DNA of 64,000 nt. It comes from Octopus sinensis (lineage: Eukaryota). The stretch is from assembly GCF_006345805.1 (NCBI RefSeq), contig NC_043009.1, forward strand, positions 5,952,001-6,016,000. Direction: 5' to 3'. Positions within the stretch are counted from its first letter, which is position 1. The number at the start of each line of letters is the position of its first letter. A program made the position numbers and the translations under genes. The notes under the pieces were generated by a model. The model made no database searches. It had not been told where the DNA came from and was given only the letters and a program-made list of their open reading frames with translations. Shown here piece after piece: positions 13,170 to 33,097 of the stretch.

Positions 13170-14800
13170 CACAAGTTTACTATTCTCTCTCCGTTTAATT
13201 TTCATATTTCTTTCTGTTGAAGAGCGTAGGCTCGAAAAGTAAAGGACTTTCACACTTTCCCGTGCGTCAAACTGATACACTTGTTTATTGTTCACACACC
13301 TATCTTCGTCTTTCGTTTTTCTGTAGATTTCAACAATATATATTATACGCTCACGTGGTCACCCCACTTTTATCCTCCTTTAACCTCCTACACTTTGGAC
13401 TTACTATCTGAACTTTCTGCACCTATCCTCATCTACATACCAACACACCACCCAGATTACCACTGGATATACTTTCACGGATTTCACTGGACTCTTCCGT
13501 TGATTCAATAAAAATGCCTCAACATATTTCTTTTTTTTCTTACTCCGTACGCTGTTACTATACCTTTCTCCTTTTCTTCTTTTCATCTTCCTTTCTTCTC
13601 CTTACCTCTCTTTTCTTTCTTGTTATTTTCCTCTCTTCACGACTTTTGAACTTTTCGAACTTTCTTTCTCCGTATGTTATCACGTTGTCTCTTTCTCTCC
13701 ATTTCTTTTTTTCTCCTTCTTTCTCCTTTTTTCCAGCATGGCCGATTACAAATCATTTCTTCTTCACCTTCACTACCGCCTAAAACACGACCTTTCCACG
13801 TTTCTTTCCCGCTGCTTTCAAACCTCTATTAATCTTTCCCTACTGAATTAAAAAAAAAAGCACGCTTGTCTAGTCATGTTTCCTTTCTCAGTCGCTGCCC
13901 CCCCCCACATCTCCAAAGGTTTCCGCCTCCATTTCCACCCCAATTTCCACTCTTCGTCTGCCATCCTACCCATACGCCGTACTACATCATATCGCCTGAT
14001 GCGTGACACATTCCACACTACACCTGATAATCTATTTAATTCATTTTTCCACGAGATCCCAGCTCGCAGTAAACAACATAAACTCCACTCACTATTTAAT
14101 TCCCCCCCCCCCACTCGATTCCATTACACCCCCTTCCCCATCCCCGATACACTCCATCCTCATCTGACACCTACTTTCTCTCATCAATCCTAACCATTTT
14201 CTCTCTTCATTGATAATACCCCCTCCCTCACACACCACCCTTACCACACACCTCTACTTGACACCCACATCCGCATTCCAAACAGCAATGCCTACCTCCA
14301 CACCCTACCTCCACATACCCAAACCCCACACCCACCACTTCTCGCTCCATTACACCACATCACATCACTCCACACACACTAGCACTAACCACTTCCCAGC
14401 ACCCGCACCACACGTCGTCATCCGCACACCCACACGTTACAGGCGCACACGGACATTATCCACACACGTACATCAAAGTCACTAGCCTGTATCACAGGTA
14501 CTTACACATTCTCACATACAAACACATAGGCGCATCTAGTTTGGGGCTTACCAATACTTTATTATTTCCCCTTCTTTCAACCTTTCCTGTGAAAACTTTT
14601 CTTTCCAACCAGCCGCCATTCTCGACTGCAAAATCTACAAGTTTATTTTTATTGTTTCTGTTTATATTCTCTTGTTTCTTTCTGTTGAAGAAAGGAGGCT
14701 AGAAATGTAAAAGACTTTCTCACTCTCCCGAGTATCAAACTAATGCACCTGCTTGTTCATACACCTATCGTCGTCTTTTATTTTTCTGTAAATATCAACT
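13170..14800 (+). mobile_element. Degenerate Penelope-like element remnant bounded by ~165-bp diverged direct repeats (pseudo-LTRs)
   Basis: Direct repeats ~13170-13335 and ~14637-14800 share TTTCTGTTGAAGA..G.AGGCT.GAAA.GTAAA.GACTTT..CACT.TCCCG.G..TCAAACT.AT.CAC.TG. The internal frame FHPNFHSSSAILPIRRTTSYRLMRDTFHTTPDNLF loosely resembles the linker after the RT in Penelope ORFs. Confidence 0.5.
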
Positions 14801-15277
14801 AAGAGATCGTTTTCTGCTCCGAAGTACTTCAACGCGGTACCCCACAATTGTCGCAGTGCAGTAAGCGACACAAGAAAATGATCAAGTATAAAAAATACGC
14901 ATATATAGACATATAGGCACTGCGAACAATCTACAAATTCTATAAAGATTTTAATGACAGGATAAAATAAACAGAATCTGGAAAAGCACTACTTTCTTGC
15001 GGAATCATTTCAGTTCCAGTTTTTGATAATGTCGAGAATAATTCATATGATCCTTGGAATGTAAATAAATGACGTTTGGAATCAAAGCTCATTGGAACTG
15101 ATTATTTTCAATCTGAAACAAGACTTCTCAATAAATAATGCATAATAATGACTCGTGTTACTACATATCATAGCTTGCTTTTAATTCAGATTCTTGCATG
15201 TATATTTATGTATATGCACATGTGTGTGTGTGTGTGTTTGTGCCTCTCTGTGTAAGCATATGTATATATATATATGC

Positions 15278-15347
<70 letters not shown>

Positions 15348-17328
15348 CATGAATGCGGACAGGTATATGTACATATGTGTGTACGTATACCCATTACGCA
15401 TACGTATATCTGTACATGAGTGCGTGTGTGTTCCTATGAGTTTCTTTGTGTTTGTGTAGGTGTATTCATGTGTTAGAAAGGATAGAAGTGATAACACAGA
15501 GCCACAGGTCGTTAACAATTTAAAAGAAAAACTATTAATTTCCTATCTTAACATGTCACAAATTGCGTCCAATTTCAGAAGGCACTTAAACCAGTTCAAT
15601 TTATTATATTTTTTTTACCTCTCTCTTCTTTTTCCAAAACCATCTTTGTTAGGAACTTTCATTTCCTTTTATATTCACTACTATTTCTCACCATTTTTTA
15701 TTTGAGTGTGTGTGTTTGTTTTTCTGATTTTCTCACATCAAAATATATTAACATTTCAAAAATTGTTATTTCACACAATTTCTAACAACTCATACTGTTA
15801 TATATTCCAATTGCTGTCTAATTTCCGCAAGAATAGAATTTCAATTGCAGTAGCATCTTGGATACTGAATCATTTCCTCAAAAGCTAAATTCCAGTGCTT
15901 CTTTCTAAATCAGTCATGCACGTTCCATGTGATGCCTTTCATTATATTTTGTATTTATTTTCTTAACATCACTTGGTAATATATGCAATCTTATCTCTCC
16001 TAAATAGATGCTTTCTAAACACAATATTTTAAACAATAAATTGTAGCGTTACATCGCGAAAATCATTTACAATGATTGAGGTGTATGTGATAAGAATCAC
16101 ATTGTTCAGTGTTGTGGAAAATTATGGTATACATTAGAGAATGTATTATAACACACTTGCAATAAAGACGTGCTATTCCGACAAAATTTTTAGTCGGTCA
16201 ACGTCAGTGTCTTTGATATACAACATTGTTTCATTCACAAAGAAGTAATATTATTCGTCACATTGAAAGAACCAAGTAAATATAATACAGAATAAGTAAG
16301 CAAAAGTTTAGAGTTTCGAAAGTCGAAAGCTTCAGTTCCTGTGTTTCGCTTTAATCATTAGGATCATTAATTATCGGTGACTCATTGAACTTTGGGGAGA
16401 TATAATTAATTACGATATTTTTTTTTTACGGAGATGTACTTGCATAGCGAGTGGCTTGATCTGAGATCCTGTGCTGGAACGAAAACAATTGCAGCGTGGA
16501 AGGTGTTTATAAACCATTTAGAAACACACAGAACCGTTAGATTCACTTCAACATTTAAATTTAATTTGTCATAAATATTTTCGTCTCTTTGAGACAGCGA
16601 CCTGTTCAGTAACCGTTGAATAAGCAAATAATATTACTCAATCGAAAGAGATATATGTATAATTTGATGGATAAAGAAGTTGTTAATGAGGTACTTAAAG
16701 TTTGACACTCAGATGACACAGTATTCTGATGGAGTCTTACAACGCACTATGTACGAGGAGGCATCGTTGAAGTTCAAATGGCATGGGCACTCCTCGAGAA
16801 ACAGAATAAATCATGATAAAAAATGGGAGGAAAGCGTTAAAGCAAAACTCAGATAAGAATGTTCTCCCTTTAATCTGTTACATGAAGAATACAGTTTCAG
16901 ATTTCAAGTATTCTACGACCTAATACGGATGTCCCTTTTTTCATCTACATGAAGCCTGCGCTTGTCTGTCCCAGTCATGTATAAACTAGAGCTCTTTTGG
17001 ATCACGCATTTTATATTATCTGGTGTGTTGCTGATTTTTATGCTTTAGATATGGTCTGTTAAAAATGTTAAAATGTGCAGACATTGCATAGCCGTTAACG
17101 CTGGCAATTTCCGTAAATGTAATATACACGTATTTATGAATGCCTATATGCGTGTAATTATACAGGTATAATTATGCATATAAATAAATACATATCTATC
17201 TATCTATCTATCTATATATCTATATATATATATGTATACATATATACCACGAGAGAGAGAGAGACAGGGAGATAGATTGATGAATGCATATGCACACACA
17301 CACATATATATATATATTCAGTCATATT

Positions 17329-17359
<31 letters not shown>

Positions 17360-17383
17360 ATGTACATACATATATATGTACAT

Positions 17384-17423
<40 letters not shown>

Positions 17424-17447
17424 ATGTACATACATATATATGTACAT

Positions 17448-17502
<55 letters not shown>

Positions 17503-17756
17503 GTGTGTGTGTGGTGTGTGTGTGTGGTGTGTGTGTACTAACACACATACATACATTTGCACATACTAATGTACATACATTTTCGCAACACATTTTGCCT
17601 TTCATCTCGCATGGATCGATAGATTTCTAGCTTTGTATTGGGATCGATGATATCTACAAATCCCCTCCGCTCTCCTCAAATGTTCCTGGTCGCGTGCCGA
17701 AATTAGAAACAATTATTATATTTATTTTTGTTGTTGATGTTGCTGTTTTGTGTTGC

Positions 17757-17770
17757 TATTATTATTATTA

Positions 17771-17846
<76 letters not shown>

Positions 17847-17885
17847 CATTATTAGGATTATTATTTTCATTGTTATTATTATCAT
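17757..17885. repeat. (ATT)n microsatellite
   Basis: Directly visible. Confidence 0.95.
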
Positions 17886-19544
17886 TTTCAACCTCGCCCT
17901 CCTCCTCATCATTCTTATTATGAGAAAATATTAGATGTATAAGTGTAATGCATAGTTCCGTTTCATCTTATTGTAATAAAATATAAGGCATAACAATTCG
18001 ATATATCTTTATTTTGATCTACAGTTAATGATAAACACGAGAACTAACCTTGTAATTATTCATGATAATCTGGAAGTTTTGACGATCATATCTTGATGGT
18101 TAATTCATATAATATCTAGTTGCTTTGTAATGAGTGTCTGTTCCCTCTCAACTATTCCTAATGCTGCTAATATAGCTTTCTGCTAAACCATGTAACCTTT
18201 TACTTCATAAAACACATGGATTCGTTTAGATTTCATTTACAGCAAATAATGCTGAAAGAAACATTGTCTAAAACTTAATATTGTTATCAGCAGTGCAATC
18301 AGTAAACTTTCACCTGTATTTCTCTTAGCATATATTGAGTGATATTTTATAATGACAACTAAAAGCAAGTTAAGAGATAGTTATATTAAAATCTTTTTTG
18401 AGTTTATTAAGATGAATCTATCCAAGAATGGTTGTAGAAATTTTTATATCGCATTGCTAATCTTTAATGAAACTGCATTATCGATAATTACTCTCATATG
18501 CTTCTGCCTATTACCATGATGTTCAAATAATTGTGGTTGAAATTTCAGATCCTGATTCAATCATTGAATGCGCTACTCAAATTCAAATATTATAGTCAAT
18601 AACAATGCTGTGATAAGATATTCTTTTCTTAAATTCTTTAATCGAAACGTCAGATCGAATATTATATTGGTTTAAAATTTTGGCGCATGGTCAGCAACAT
18701 CGGTGGAGGGGATAATTCGATTAACTTTACCCAGTACTGAACTGGTACTCATTTTAACGGTCCCGAAAGTTTCAGTCGACTTCGACCTCAATAATTTTAT
18801 TAGTTTATTTAGCTTATTCCTGTAAGATGAACAATTCAAATAACTCTGGATTTAAACTGACAGCGTCTATAGCAGGAAAACTAACTAATGCCAAAGATAG
18901 ATTCTTTACAGATGTTTCTATAAAATTTATCAATGATTTGCCGATACAGTTTTAACGACTAAGGTGATCAGGATATTTTTATTTCAAAATATTACACATA
19001 TTAACACTTCGACTGCATGTCATATATAATGAGTAATATTGCAGGGTATATACGCAGGACTCTCTGATCAATCTTCAGAAATAAGTACCCTTGACTGCAC
19101 ATATTGCGATTTATTGAGGGGCTGGTTTACACAAAGATTACTCATAAAATATGAGACGAAAAAAGTGCGCAGTAACGTAACCTTGTATAGAGCACCATTC
19201 CGCATGATTTTTCCTTTCTATTAAGGTAATATTTGTTCAACATGCAAATATACTGCATCCCCTTCAGTACAACAAACATCAATAGTAGGAGGCCCTGTAT
19301 AACGAAGTGACAGGAAGTACGGGGATATAAAGGTGGGGGTGGAGTATGTATATGAAATGGAATCATTTGAAATGTAATTTATTTCTGCACTTCAGTAATA
19401 TAATTTGCCTAAACCCAACGCTAACATGCTTGTTTACGCATACACGCATATACACTGACAGATATATGCATATATATGCAAACACAGTTGCGCACGCGCA
19501 AAGGTATACTGGAAATATAGTACGGGTATATAGTTATGCATATA

Positions 19545-19587
<43 letters not shown>

Positions 19588-20655
19588 TGATATTGATGAA
19601 GTTACCATAGGTGCATATTCACATGAGTGCAACCACGCTTCAGTTCGAGTATACATACATACATATATATATATATATTATATATATATATATACACATA
19701 TATATATATATATCTGTATGTACGTATATGTATATATACTTATATACGTATGTATGTATATGTATGTGCCTGTATATATGTGAGCCGACATGTATGACTG
19801 TGTGTATGCGTGTGAGTAATTGTATGCATGTGTGTGTGGGTGTGCGTGTTGTTATGAAATCTAGATTTCGTCATACCCATTGCAAAACATCCTCACCGGA
19901 GAATATTCATAGAAGAGGCATCATTGAGATGATAATGCCACAATCACCTCTAATTTGACAAGATAGTTATAATAGACAGATGATATCAAGTGCAGTTCTT
20001 GAATGCATTTCCATATTCTTATGAATATCCATTCATCATATATCCAATATAATTCTCAAGTCGATCAAGAATACATTCTAAAGATTATTTTCAAACAAAA
20101 AACTATCTACATAAAATAAAATAAAATAAAAATACAAAGAAAAAACCCGGGGAGGACTAGAAAAGAAACAATTCTTAGCAAAATATACAAATATATAATT
20201 CTATATTATGTATATTGAAATTTTATTTTTAACACTCCATTATCTCTATCCATTTCTTTGAAAATCCTATTTCATACTTATTATATAATTTTGCAATATT
20301 GTCATTTTTTTATTTACTACTTCTTCTAATACATCTTATATATTCATATATATGTATATTAATTATTTGTTCTTGTTCGTTATAATATTCTACTCAGATT
20401 CCTATTCTCATAAGCCATATTTTCTTTATTTGAAGAGGCTTTAATTGATACCACTTTGGATTTCCCTCTAACTTTTCTTCCTTTCAGTTAAAACTGATAT
20501 CGTCTCTCAACTCTTAATTGATCATTCATACGATGCATTCTCATATACTTGTACACAGAAATGCATACGCATATGTGTATTTCTGTGTATTCTATAATGT
20601 CTGTTTGCGTGCATGCGTGTTTGTATGTATGCTCATATACCCATACATCCATTCG

Positions 20656-20692
<37 letters not shown>

Positions 20693-22324
20693 GCATATAC
20701 ATTATGTATGTACGTATACATACACACAAACACACATACACACACATACACACGCACACATGCATACACATATGCATGCATTTATATATGTGAACGTGTC
20801 ATCACTCATAGGAACACACGCGCTTATCTACACATGTACATAAGTGTATATTTTTCATCTATGATATATATTTTACATATGAGTGTGTCTGTGTGCACAC
20901 GCGCACGTGCAATATGTATGTACATGTGTATGTATTTATATTTTTTAAACTTTAAATTACATATATATTCAAGATATTTGCGAGAAAATATAAGACATTT
21001 TTGTCGAAGAAATGGAGTTGTTTAAATGGATGACGTTTTATTCAATAAAAAATGCCTCAACATCTTAATTATACATACTGTATCGACAAAAGCTTGGTGA
21101 AACTTATGAAAAAAATCTGTTCATAATTAGTGCATCTTTGCTATTAGTCATATCTTCGTTGTTGTGGAGGCTGTCAATTCATCTCCTTCGAGATTTAAAT
21201 TCTGAATTTAATAGTATGAATCTAAATGAATCAGTAATTAATATACACCCTAAGACTGTTTCTGATAATTTACTATCTTGCATTTTTTAATGAAAATGTA
21301 TTTATTCCACTAATACATTTCTGTATTTCTATATTCTGTATTTATTCATTTTTGTTCTACCCAAACCCAGCTCTGATCGCACAGGTCTCTGTTCAAATTA
21401 TTACCTAACATTATTTAGGTTGTAGTATACCACAATTCGCCCAAAATAGAGCATTCATGCGATCTAGCTGTTTTCATACGAAAAGATTGTGATTTGCAGA
21501 AGAATTGACTTCAGTTTTGAACAGAAGATGCACATAGCTTATAAATTCGTTTGCTTGCTTAAGCGTCGTATAAAGAACTGCTGTTTGGTAAACAACAGCT
21601 GTTTAGTAAAGAACGGATGTCATAGTATTACGTATCATTCCCATTATAACATCGTATTTTCCCCTTAAAATGGCTTTAATTGGTAATCCGAATTATATTT
21701 GCGCTATATTTAGCAACAGGAATAAAAAGATATGTTACCAAAGTCACGAACAGATGCGAACAATGTTCTTTTATATCGATATATTGTAAACACACGTCTT
21801 AATATAAACGTTGTTTGCCGTAGTCATTTAATGGCTGAATGTTTATGACCTTCATTTTCCAAAGAAATATTTCCATTTTGTAGTTACTTTATTTTGTTGC
21901 TTTCGTTTCATAAAATGAACAAAAAACGGGTAAAAGAATATGCAGAAACAATAGCAAGTGCCTAGCCTTCTATTACTCAGTTGTGATAACGACAATGAAA
22001 TATACCGTAAACGCCCTGCTTGCGTGAGATAAACAATTTAGTTGTATATTACGATATTCGTAATTATAATCCATGATAATCACTAAATACCATGTCGTTC
22101 CTCTCGGATCAGCTGGATGACACAGAAAAATAGTTTGGTTCGTAGAAACATTACCAAAAGATCCAAATCTGTAAAGTAGTTTAGTCATTTTTCAACATTG
22201 AAACCAATGTATCAGGTTTCATACTTATTTTATGGTTGAATTTTATTATTGAAATTCTCTTTATACCTCTCACTATGAATCTAGATACTAATTGTTATAG
22301 CGTTTTATATCCATTAGATGCAGC

Positions 22325-22728
22325 TCTTTTATACTCTTTTACTCTTTTACTTGTTTCAGTCATTTGACTGTGGCCATGCTGGAGCACCGCCTTTAGTCGA
22401 GCAAATCGACCGCGGGACTTATTCTTTGTAAGCCCAGTGCTTATTCTATCTGTCGCATTTGCCGAACCGCTAATTTACGGAGACGTAAACACACCAGCAT
22501 CGGTTGTCAAGCAATGCTAGGGGAACAAACACAGACACACAAACACATACATATATACATATATACGACAGGCTTCTTTCAGTTTCCGTCTACCAAATCT
22601 ACACACAAGGCATTGGTCGGCCCGGGGCTATAGCAGAAGACACTTGCCCAAGATGCCACGCAGTGGGACTGAATCCGGAACCATGCGGCTGGTTAGCAAG
22701 CTACTTACCACACAGCCACTCCTGCGCC
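22325..22728 (-). mobile_element. Full-length tRNA-derived SINE with CORE-like segment and (TAAAAGAG)n tail
   Basis: Reverse complement GGCGCAGGAGTGGCTGTGTGGTAAGTAGCTTGCTAACCAGCCGCATGGTTCCGGATTCAGTCCC (tRNA-like head), TGGCATCTTGGGCAAGTGTCTTCT (CORE-like), ending CAAATGACTGAAACAAGTAAAAGAGTAAAAGAG. Confidence 0.85.
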
Positions 22729-24367
22729 TATATATTGTTTAGATTTTTCTTTGACTTAGTTTAGTGTTAGATTTTATATATAGTTTATGATAGCACCCAG
22801 CAGTCTACATAATGTCTGTAGGTACCAGTATATCTCTACGTACCGATACTAGATCTATCACTTTGCTCTGACTGACACTGAAGTTACAGTGTCAGCATTT
22901 ATACACGGTATATGATTGTAAATTGCTACCAACGTCGGTATCTTTGTAGGTACCCATATACTTGTAATCATAAATACTGATAAGCTATAATCGCTAGAGA
23001 CTGGATTTTGTATTGTAGACTGTCGCCCGACTTAAATTACTACTACTGCACCAATATAGATATGCAGTTCACTATCAACAAAGCAATAACGCTTAGCACA
23101 CGTAATGATGATTTCTAATAGGAATACTTTCTTTGCAGCTGATAATTATTTATGTTATTGACCTCAAGAACATTGATGTTATTTTCGCGAGGGTTGAGTG
23201 GGGAGTCTCTGTGCTTCTTGTTTCTATATTTTCAGTAATTTCCCACCACTTGTGATAAGTAAAGTCTGTCTTCGTTGCCAGACTAAACGACAGCGCTTCC
23301 GACAGATTGTCGCTTCTGCATCCTGATCGCTGACTCCTGTAACATGGTATGTGACGGCTGTACAATTATACTTCAAACTATAACCTGTAAACAGTAGTTT
23401 CAAGCTCACACTCTCTTATGTTCCCGTACCACACGTTTCTCCTACTCTCCATAACACATCCTTAACGCTCCTCGATTACGTTAATCCTTTAAATGTTCCA
23501 TATGTAAGCCTCATCTCTTACACCAACAGACACTACCGTATTTTCGTACCCAGGGCATTGCGAAATCCGACATAGCTGTTTAGTTTTAGAGAGTAACTAT
23601 ATGTTATAAAATCTATTATTTCCTTGAGACCCCACTCCGTTAAAATTCTTCGTTGTTACTAGGCACTGATCACCTATCGCGAAGTTGGCATAAACTCAGG
23701 AATATCTGCTATTGTAAACTGTTTATGGCATTCTTGATTACTCATTACATCTATTCTGTACTAGTTAAACAATGATGGTGGAGACGACAACGAAGATGAG
23801 GAGGAGGAGGAGACGGAGAAGGAGGAAGATGACGACGACGACGATGAGGGCGAGGAAGAGGAAAATAAAAAAGTATATATATTTAAAGTGTATAAACAAA
23901 AGAGGAAATCAAAACAACTGCCAATTTGAAAGATGTCCCTTGGCCAATACATCGAAAGACTCGAAAAATATGATGTCAGCCAGAATCAAAGTCAATAACA
24001 GCTCGAAACCTGTGAAGCAAACAGTACAGCAAATGTATAATTTCAGGTGGACCAGACCAATAAAAATGCAGAAATAGAGACACGTCAAAAGATGGTACAT
24101 TCTATGAGGGAAATGTCGAACCTTCAACGTTCCAAACGTTGAGTAATGTTGTATACAGGTACGAAATGATATATATGGAAGGCCTTGCCCACAGTCAAAC
24201 GGGGCAACTATATTGATGAATGTCATCAATCTCTTAAATGTTTCAATGTCTAAAGGCTAAATTTTAGGTTCCCATTTTCTATAATTTGATATATTCGGTA
24301 CCGAAGATGCGACAGTATGTGTGTGAGTGTTATATACATATATATACAGATATATAGATAGACAGAC

Positions 24368-24414
<47 letters not shown>

Positions 24415-24419
24415 GATAT

Positions 24420-24495
<76 letters not shown>

Positions 24496-24736
24496 GACAG
24501 AATAAGTAACTAGCTAAATTTGTCGTCTGCTAATAGTTTGTCATATGCTTATCATGTGTCTATGGCATGTATGTATATTTCTTTCCTGAGCGTCCAATAA
24601 TACTATATTTGTTCCACGTCCTCGCGTTGTTGTGTTTTTTGTGTATTCTTGTTTGGATTAACTTCATATATATATATATATAAGAAATATTGAATTTCTA
24701 AATCTCCCGTAGAGACCTGTACGGTGGTGGGGTGAT

Positions 24737-25238
<502 letters not shown>

Positions 25239-25270
25239 TATATATATACATATATATATACATAATATAT

Positions 25271-28690
<3,420 letters not shown>

Positions 28691-29864
28691 TGTATGTTTA
28701 TTTTATATTTTGTGAGTTTTTGCCTGGTTTATATGCCGAATAGAATGAAATATATTACATAGAGACAAAACAAATATTGACATAACTTCTTAATTTCTAA
28801 ATAATACGATATAGTTATTCTCTCGTATTTATTTTGATACCATGATGATGTATGAACGTTTTAACAGCTTAATCTTATTTATATGTTTCTATAAACAAAA
28901 TTTACATAACTTTCATAACATTTTATATAAAATATCAAATTGAAAATTTGACTTGCATTTTATTTTTAATTCTCTTCACAATTTTCGTATTCTAATGGAA
29001 ATATAACGTACAAAAACGTTATGCCGATACCGCGATAATATCACTATGATCTCTGTGTTGCACTGTTTGGGTTTGTATGTATGTTTAGTTTTCTGGCTTC
29101 TTTTCACGTGTAATTTTCTAACACTTGTGATCAATCATGTGCAAGTAATGATGAATATTTATTGCTTCATATAATATATGTTTTGTTAATATATATTTTG
29201 TTAATAAAACTTGTTCTCATTTTAGTTACATCTCAAGGTTTACATAGACTACAATGTCGTCGAGATTAGCATTATCACGAGGAATGCGTGTCTTCATGAA
29301 CATATCTGTGTTTTGTGGGCATATGTACTTGCGTGTGCGCGTGCATATATGAATGCGTGTTTGTGTGTGTGTCTGTGTGTGTGTCGGTGTGTGTGTTCAC
29401 ATATATGTATATGATAGCTGCAAACGCGTGTCCGATGCCATCACTGGATCGAAAGTTCCACATTTACGAATGCTAAGACCAGTTACTTTTGTGATAGGTC
29501 TTACTGTTTTCAAGCGATGTCTGTTCCTAATGATTTTTTTACAATTGCGAACAGATTTGCACAAACCCAGTCCCATTCTCTCAACTTGGACAACATAAAA
29601 GAAGAACTCGTCTGCATCTTTGAACATAGTCAGTATCACAGGTTTTCTCCCAGAGTTTCACTCTCCAAGACATATGTTTTGACAGCAACAGAGGGACAAT
29701 ACACTTCCACATGCATCTCATACATACACGCGGACATATACATATATGCATATACATATACATGTGGATATATATATATATATATATATATATATTACTG
29801 AAATGTTTTTATAAAATTATTTTACCATTATCTACCTTGACTTTTTCCATATATATACATATAT

Positions 29865-29949
<85 letters not shown>

Positions 29950-30697
29950 TTCAGCAAAATTTAGATTCAAATGAACATGGTACTTAATTTAGATGCACCC
30001 GAATTCTGTATGGTGTTATCCATAAAAATCCGTGGGGTGATTTTAATCAAAATAAGCAACAAGAATTACTCCGGTAATTTGGTACGATCGTTTCGTACTA
30101 CATCATTTTATTAAATGTTGTAAGTACTACAACAGTTTTAAAATGTTGAGCACTCATCAGCCAATTATAAAGGTTTTCCATTAATACAAAAAAATTCATA
30201 TCAAGTGGCAACATTATAGAGAAGGTAGATACATATACAAAGATGTGAATTTAAATTTTAAGAACATTTGAGGTAGTGGAGCCCATCAAGTGACTGACTA
30301 AGATTCAGTTGTTCCAGACTACTGTAAGGTTCTGAGAGGGAAGAACAAGTTATAGAAATGGGGTAAAGGGAATGGCATACTCCATATAAGGAATTTATGT
30401 AGAAGGCAGCATGGTCACAACTAAATGCCAATTAATACTATTTGATAAACATATTCAGCGTAAGGAGAACTAGGTCAAAGTCAAATGGTCACAATAACAT
30501 TCACAGAGAATGCAGAGACCTTACAAACCCTATGCATACCAACACAACCGTTGGTCTATAAGTTCCAAGTACTTTGACACGTTAAATAAAGGAAAAAATA
30601 TAAATCTAAACTTATTCAAATTTGGAGAAAGAGACTATCACGAGAAAATCTTTATTATCTATCTCTTTTCAATTGTTCTTCCCTCTCTCTCTCTCTC

Positions 30698-30735
<38 letters not shown>

Positions 30736-31900
30736 TATGTGTGTGTGTGTATGTGTGTGTGTATATGTGTATGTATATATATACGCAAATGCATATACAC
30801 ACATACATACACACAGACACACACATATATATGTATGTTTGTATTTATATTGTCTTCACTGTATATATTTTTTCTATAATCAATGTTATTGCAGAAATAA
30901 TACAGTATACTTGTATGCATTTTTTAAAGACAGGGATGAATTATATAACCCATTCTGTCCTTAGTCTAAGCGAGAATAGTCTCCGTGTATCTCCTGCACA
31001 ACCAATCAGGAATTACACCAGCATAGTTTTACTTACGACATCATTTCTGTTTGCTTTATTTAACTTAACAGAAACTAATTTATATTTTGCTCTCTGTAAT
31101 TAAATACAAAAACTTGCTAGAACTATGAAGATTGTTAATGATTAAAATGCAAGGTAATTACCATACATTTCGATCAAACAATCTCTTACATGATTTCGAT
31201 TCTCTTTACACACCTATCCAACCAAGTAAATCTTAGTTAATTACTATGCCATTCACACGTCTGCCTATTATACTCACTCTGTTATGTAACGAACATTTTG
31301 TTGTTCACAAATCAATCTATTGAAGTTAATTAACAGATAAAACACGCAGGATTTCATATAACTGAGGTAGTTGAAATCAGCAGAGATGAAAAGCATGTGA
31401 ACTGAACCTAGAGAAGTATATAATCTCCAGCGTATTTAAATTTTTCTAATGCCAAGTTTAATACACAACAGAATCCAGGAAACTTGCCTCATGAGCGTAT
31501 GACTCGCGAAGGACGTTTGGTTCAGTTGATTCTTTAATAATGCAAAGTTATCCTAGTAGACATAAATATCTTATCATCACAACGAACATAATACAAGTGA
31601 TCCACTTCTAAGCTTTGCGAACAGATTATTCAATCCATTATCGTATGAGCGTTGAATACTTTCTAATGAAATCTTTTGACATCATTTTTTAACTTCTTTC
31701 TTCTATGACGCTCCGTTCATGCTGGTACATTGACGTCAGGCGTTTAGTCGAACAAATCGAAATCAATATTTATTATTTAAAAAATATAGTACTTATACTA
31801 TTGGTTTCTTTCGCCGAACTACTAAGTTACAGGGAAGTAAAATAACCAGCACGGGTTGTCAAACGGTGGTAGTAAAAGAAAAACAAAAGCACATACACTC

Positions 31901-31937
<37 letters not shown>

Positions 31938-31941
31938 TATA

Positions 31942-32310
31942 GGCGCAGGAGTGGCTGTGTTGGAAGTAGCTTGCTAACCAACCACATTGTTCCGGGTTCA
32001 GTCCCACTGCGTGGCACATTGGGCATCTGTCTTCTACTATAACCTCGGGCCGACCAAAGCCTTGTGAGTGGATTTGGTAGACAGAATCCAGTCGTATATA
32101 TGTATTTATATATTTGTATGTGTGTGTATGTATTTCTGTGTCTGTGCTTGTCCCTCCAACATCGCTTGACAACCGATGCTGGTGTGTTTACATCCCCGTA
32201 GCTTAACGGTTCGGGAAAAAGTGACCGATAGGATAAGTACTAGGCTTACAAAGAATAAGCTCTGGAGTTGTTTTGCTCGATAAAGGCGGTGCTCCAAACT
32301 GTCCGCAGTC
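31942..32310 (+). mobile_element. tRNA-derived CORE-like SINE, near full length (partial opposite-strand copy at ~31735-31890)
   Basis: GGCGCAGGAGTGGCTGTGTTGGAAGTAGCTTGCTAACCAACCACATTGTTCCGGGTTCAGTCCCACTGCGTGGCACATTGGGCA... same family as 22325-22728. Confidence 0.8.
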
Positions 32311-33097
32311 AGATAAAAGAAGAATATACATATCAGAATTCTACAAAGATTCCATCTACGAAATTCATTTACAAGGCATTACTGGCTTCGGAGCTATAAT
32401 AAGTGACTCTTGTCCAAAGTTCCACGCATTGGATCTGAAACCAAATAAGATGGTTGCAAAGTGACCTTCACGAAATGCAAATATAATTCGTTAGTAACAA
32501 ATTTAGTTTTAAAATATCTTGTGTTGCTTTTTTGTTCTTGTTTTTCACAAATTGTTATTGTTGATTATAAGCGGCTCGTATTTAAAAATATAACACCATT
32601 ATAAATAATAGTTACGATAAACACCAACTCCATTATAAAAAAATCGAACATTAGAAGTCGCTCGAATATACTTCACTATCTTAATGGTAGGTACTTTACT
32701 GATACCAACCAATACATATATTACGTATTGAAACTATCGCAATTGAGCGCGAAAACATACAATTGAATTGAATTCAATGCACATTATATTAAAAGTGGCA
32801 ATCAAGCGGGTATGATGGAACCGATAACAAAAGAATTTAAACTCAAATTACTCATAAAACGGTTTATGATTAGCAGGTAAATTGCAGTCAGCACAGACCA
32901 GTCTGGCTTTATTGACACAATTTTATTTCCCATCCACATTCTGTCGACTTGATAGCATTACGCATCCTACTAGCTCTCCTATTCTAACTTCTTAAACTAA
33001 CCCCTAGTCTGTTAAAAAATACCGCTATTAGCCACCAGATGTCTACTGCCCTCAATTTTGTCGCGCGCTTCTTCATGGATGTCCGCAATGAGACTAC

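Noticed and set aside
23880-24260. 106-aa hydrophobic - strand ORF 23909..24229 and overlapping + ORF; faint piggyBac-like wording on +
   Set aside because: No diagnostic motif or terminal repeats could be confirmed; too weak to call a gene or transposase.
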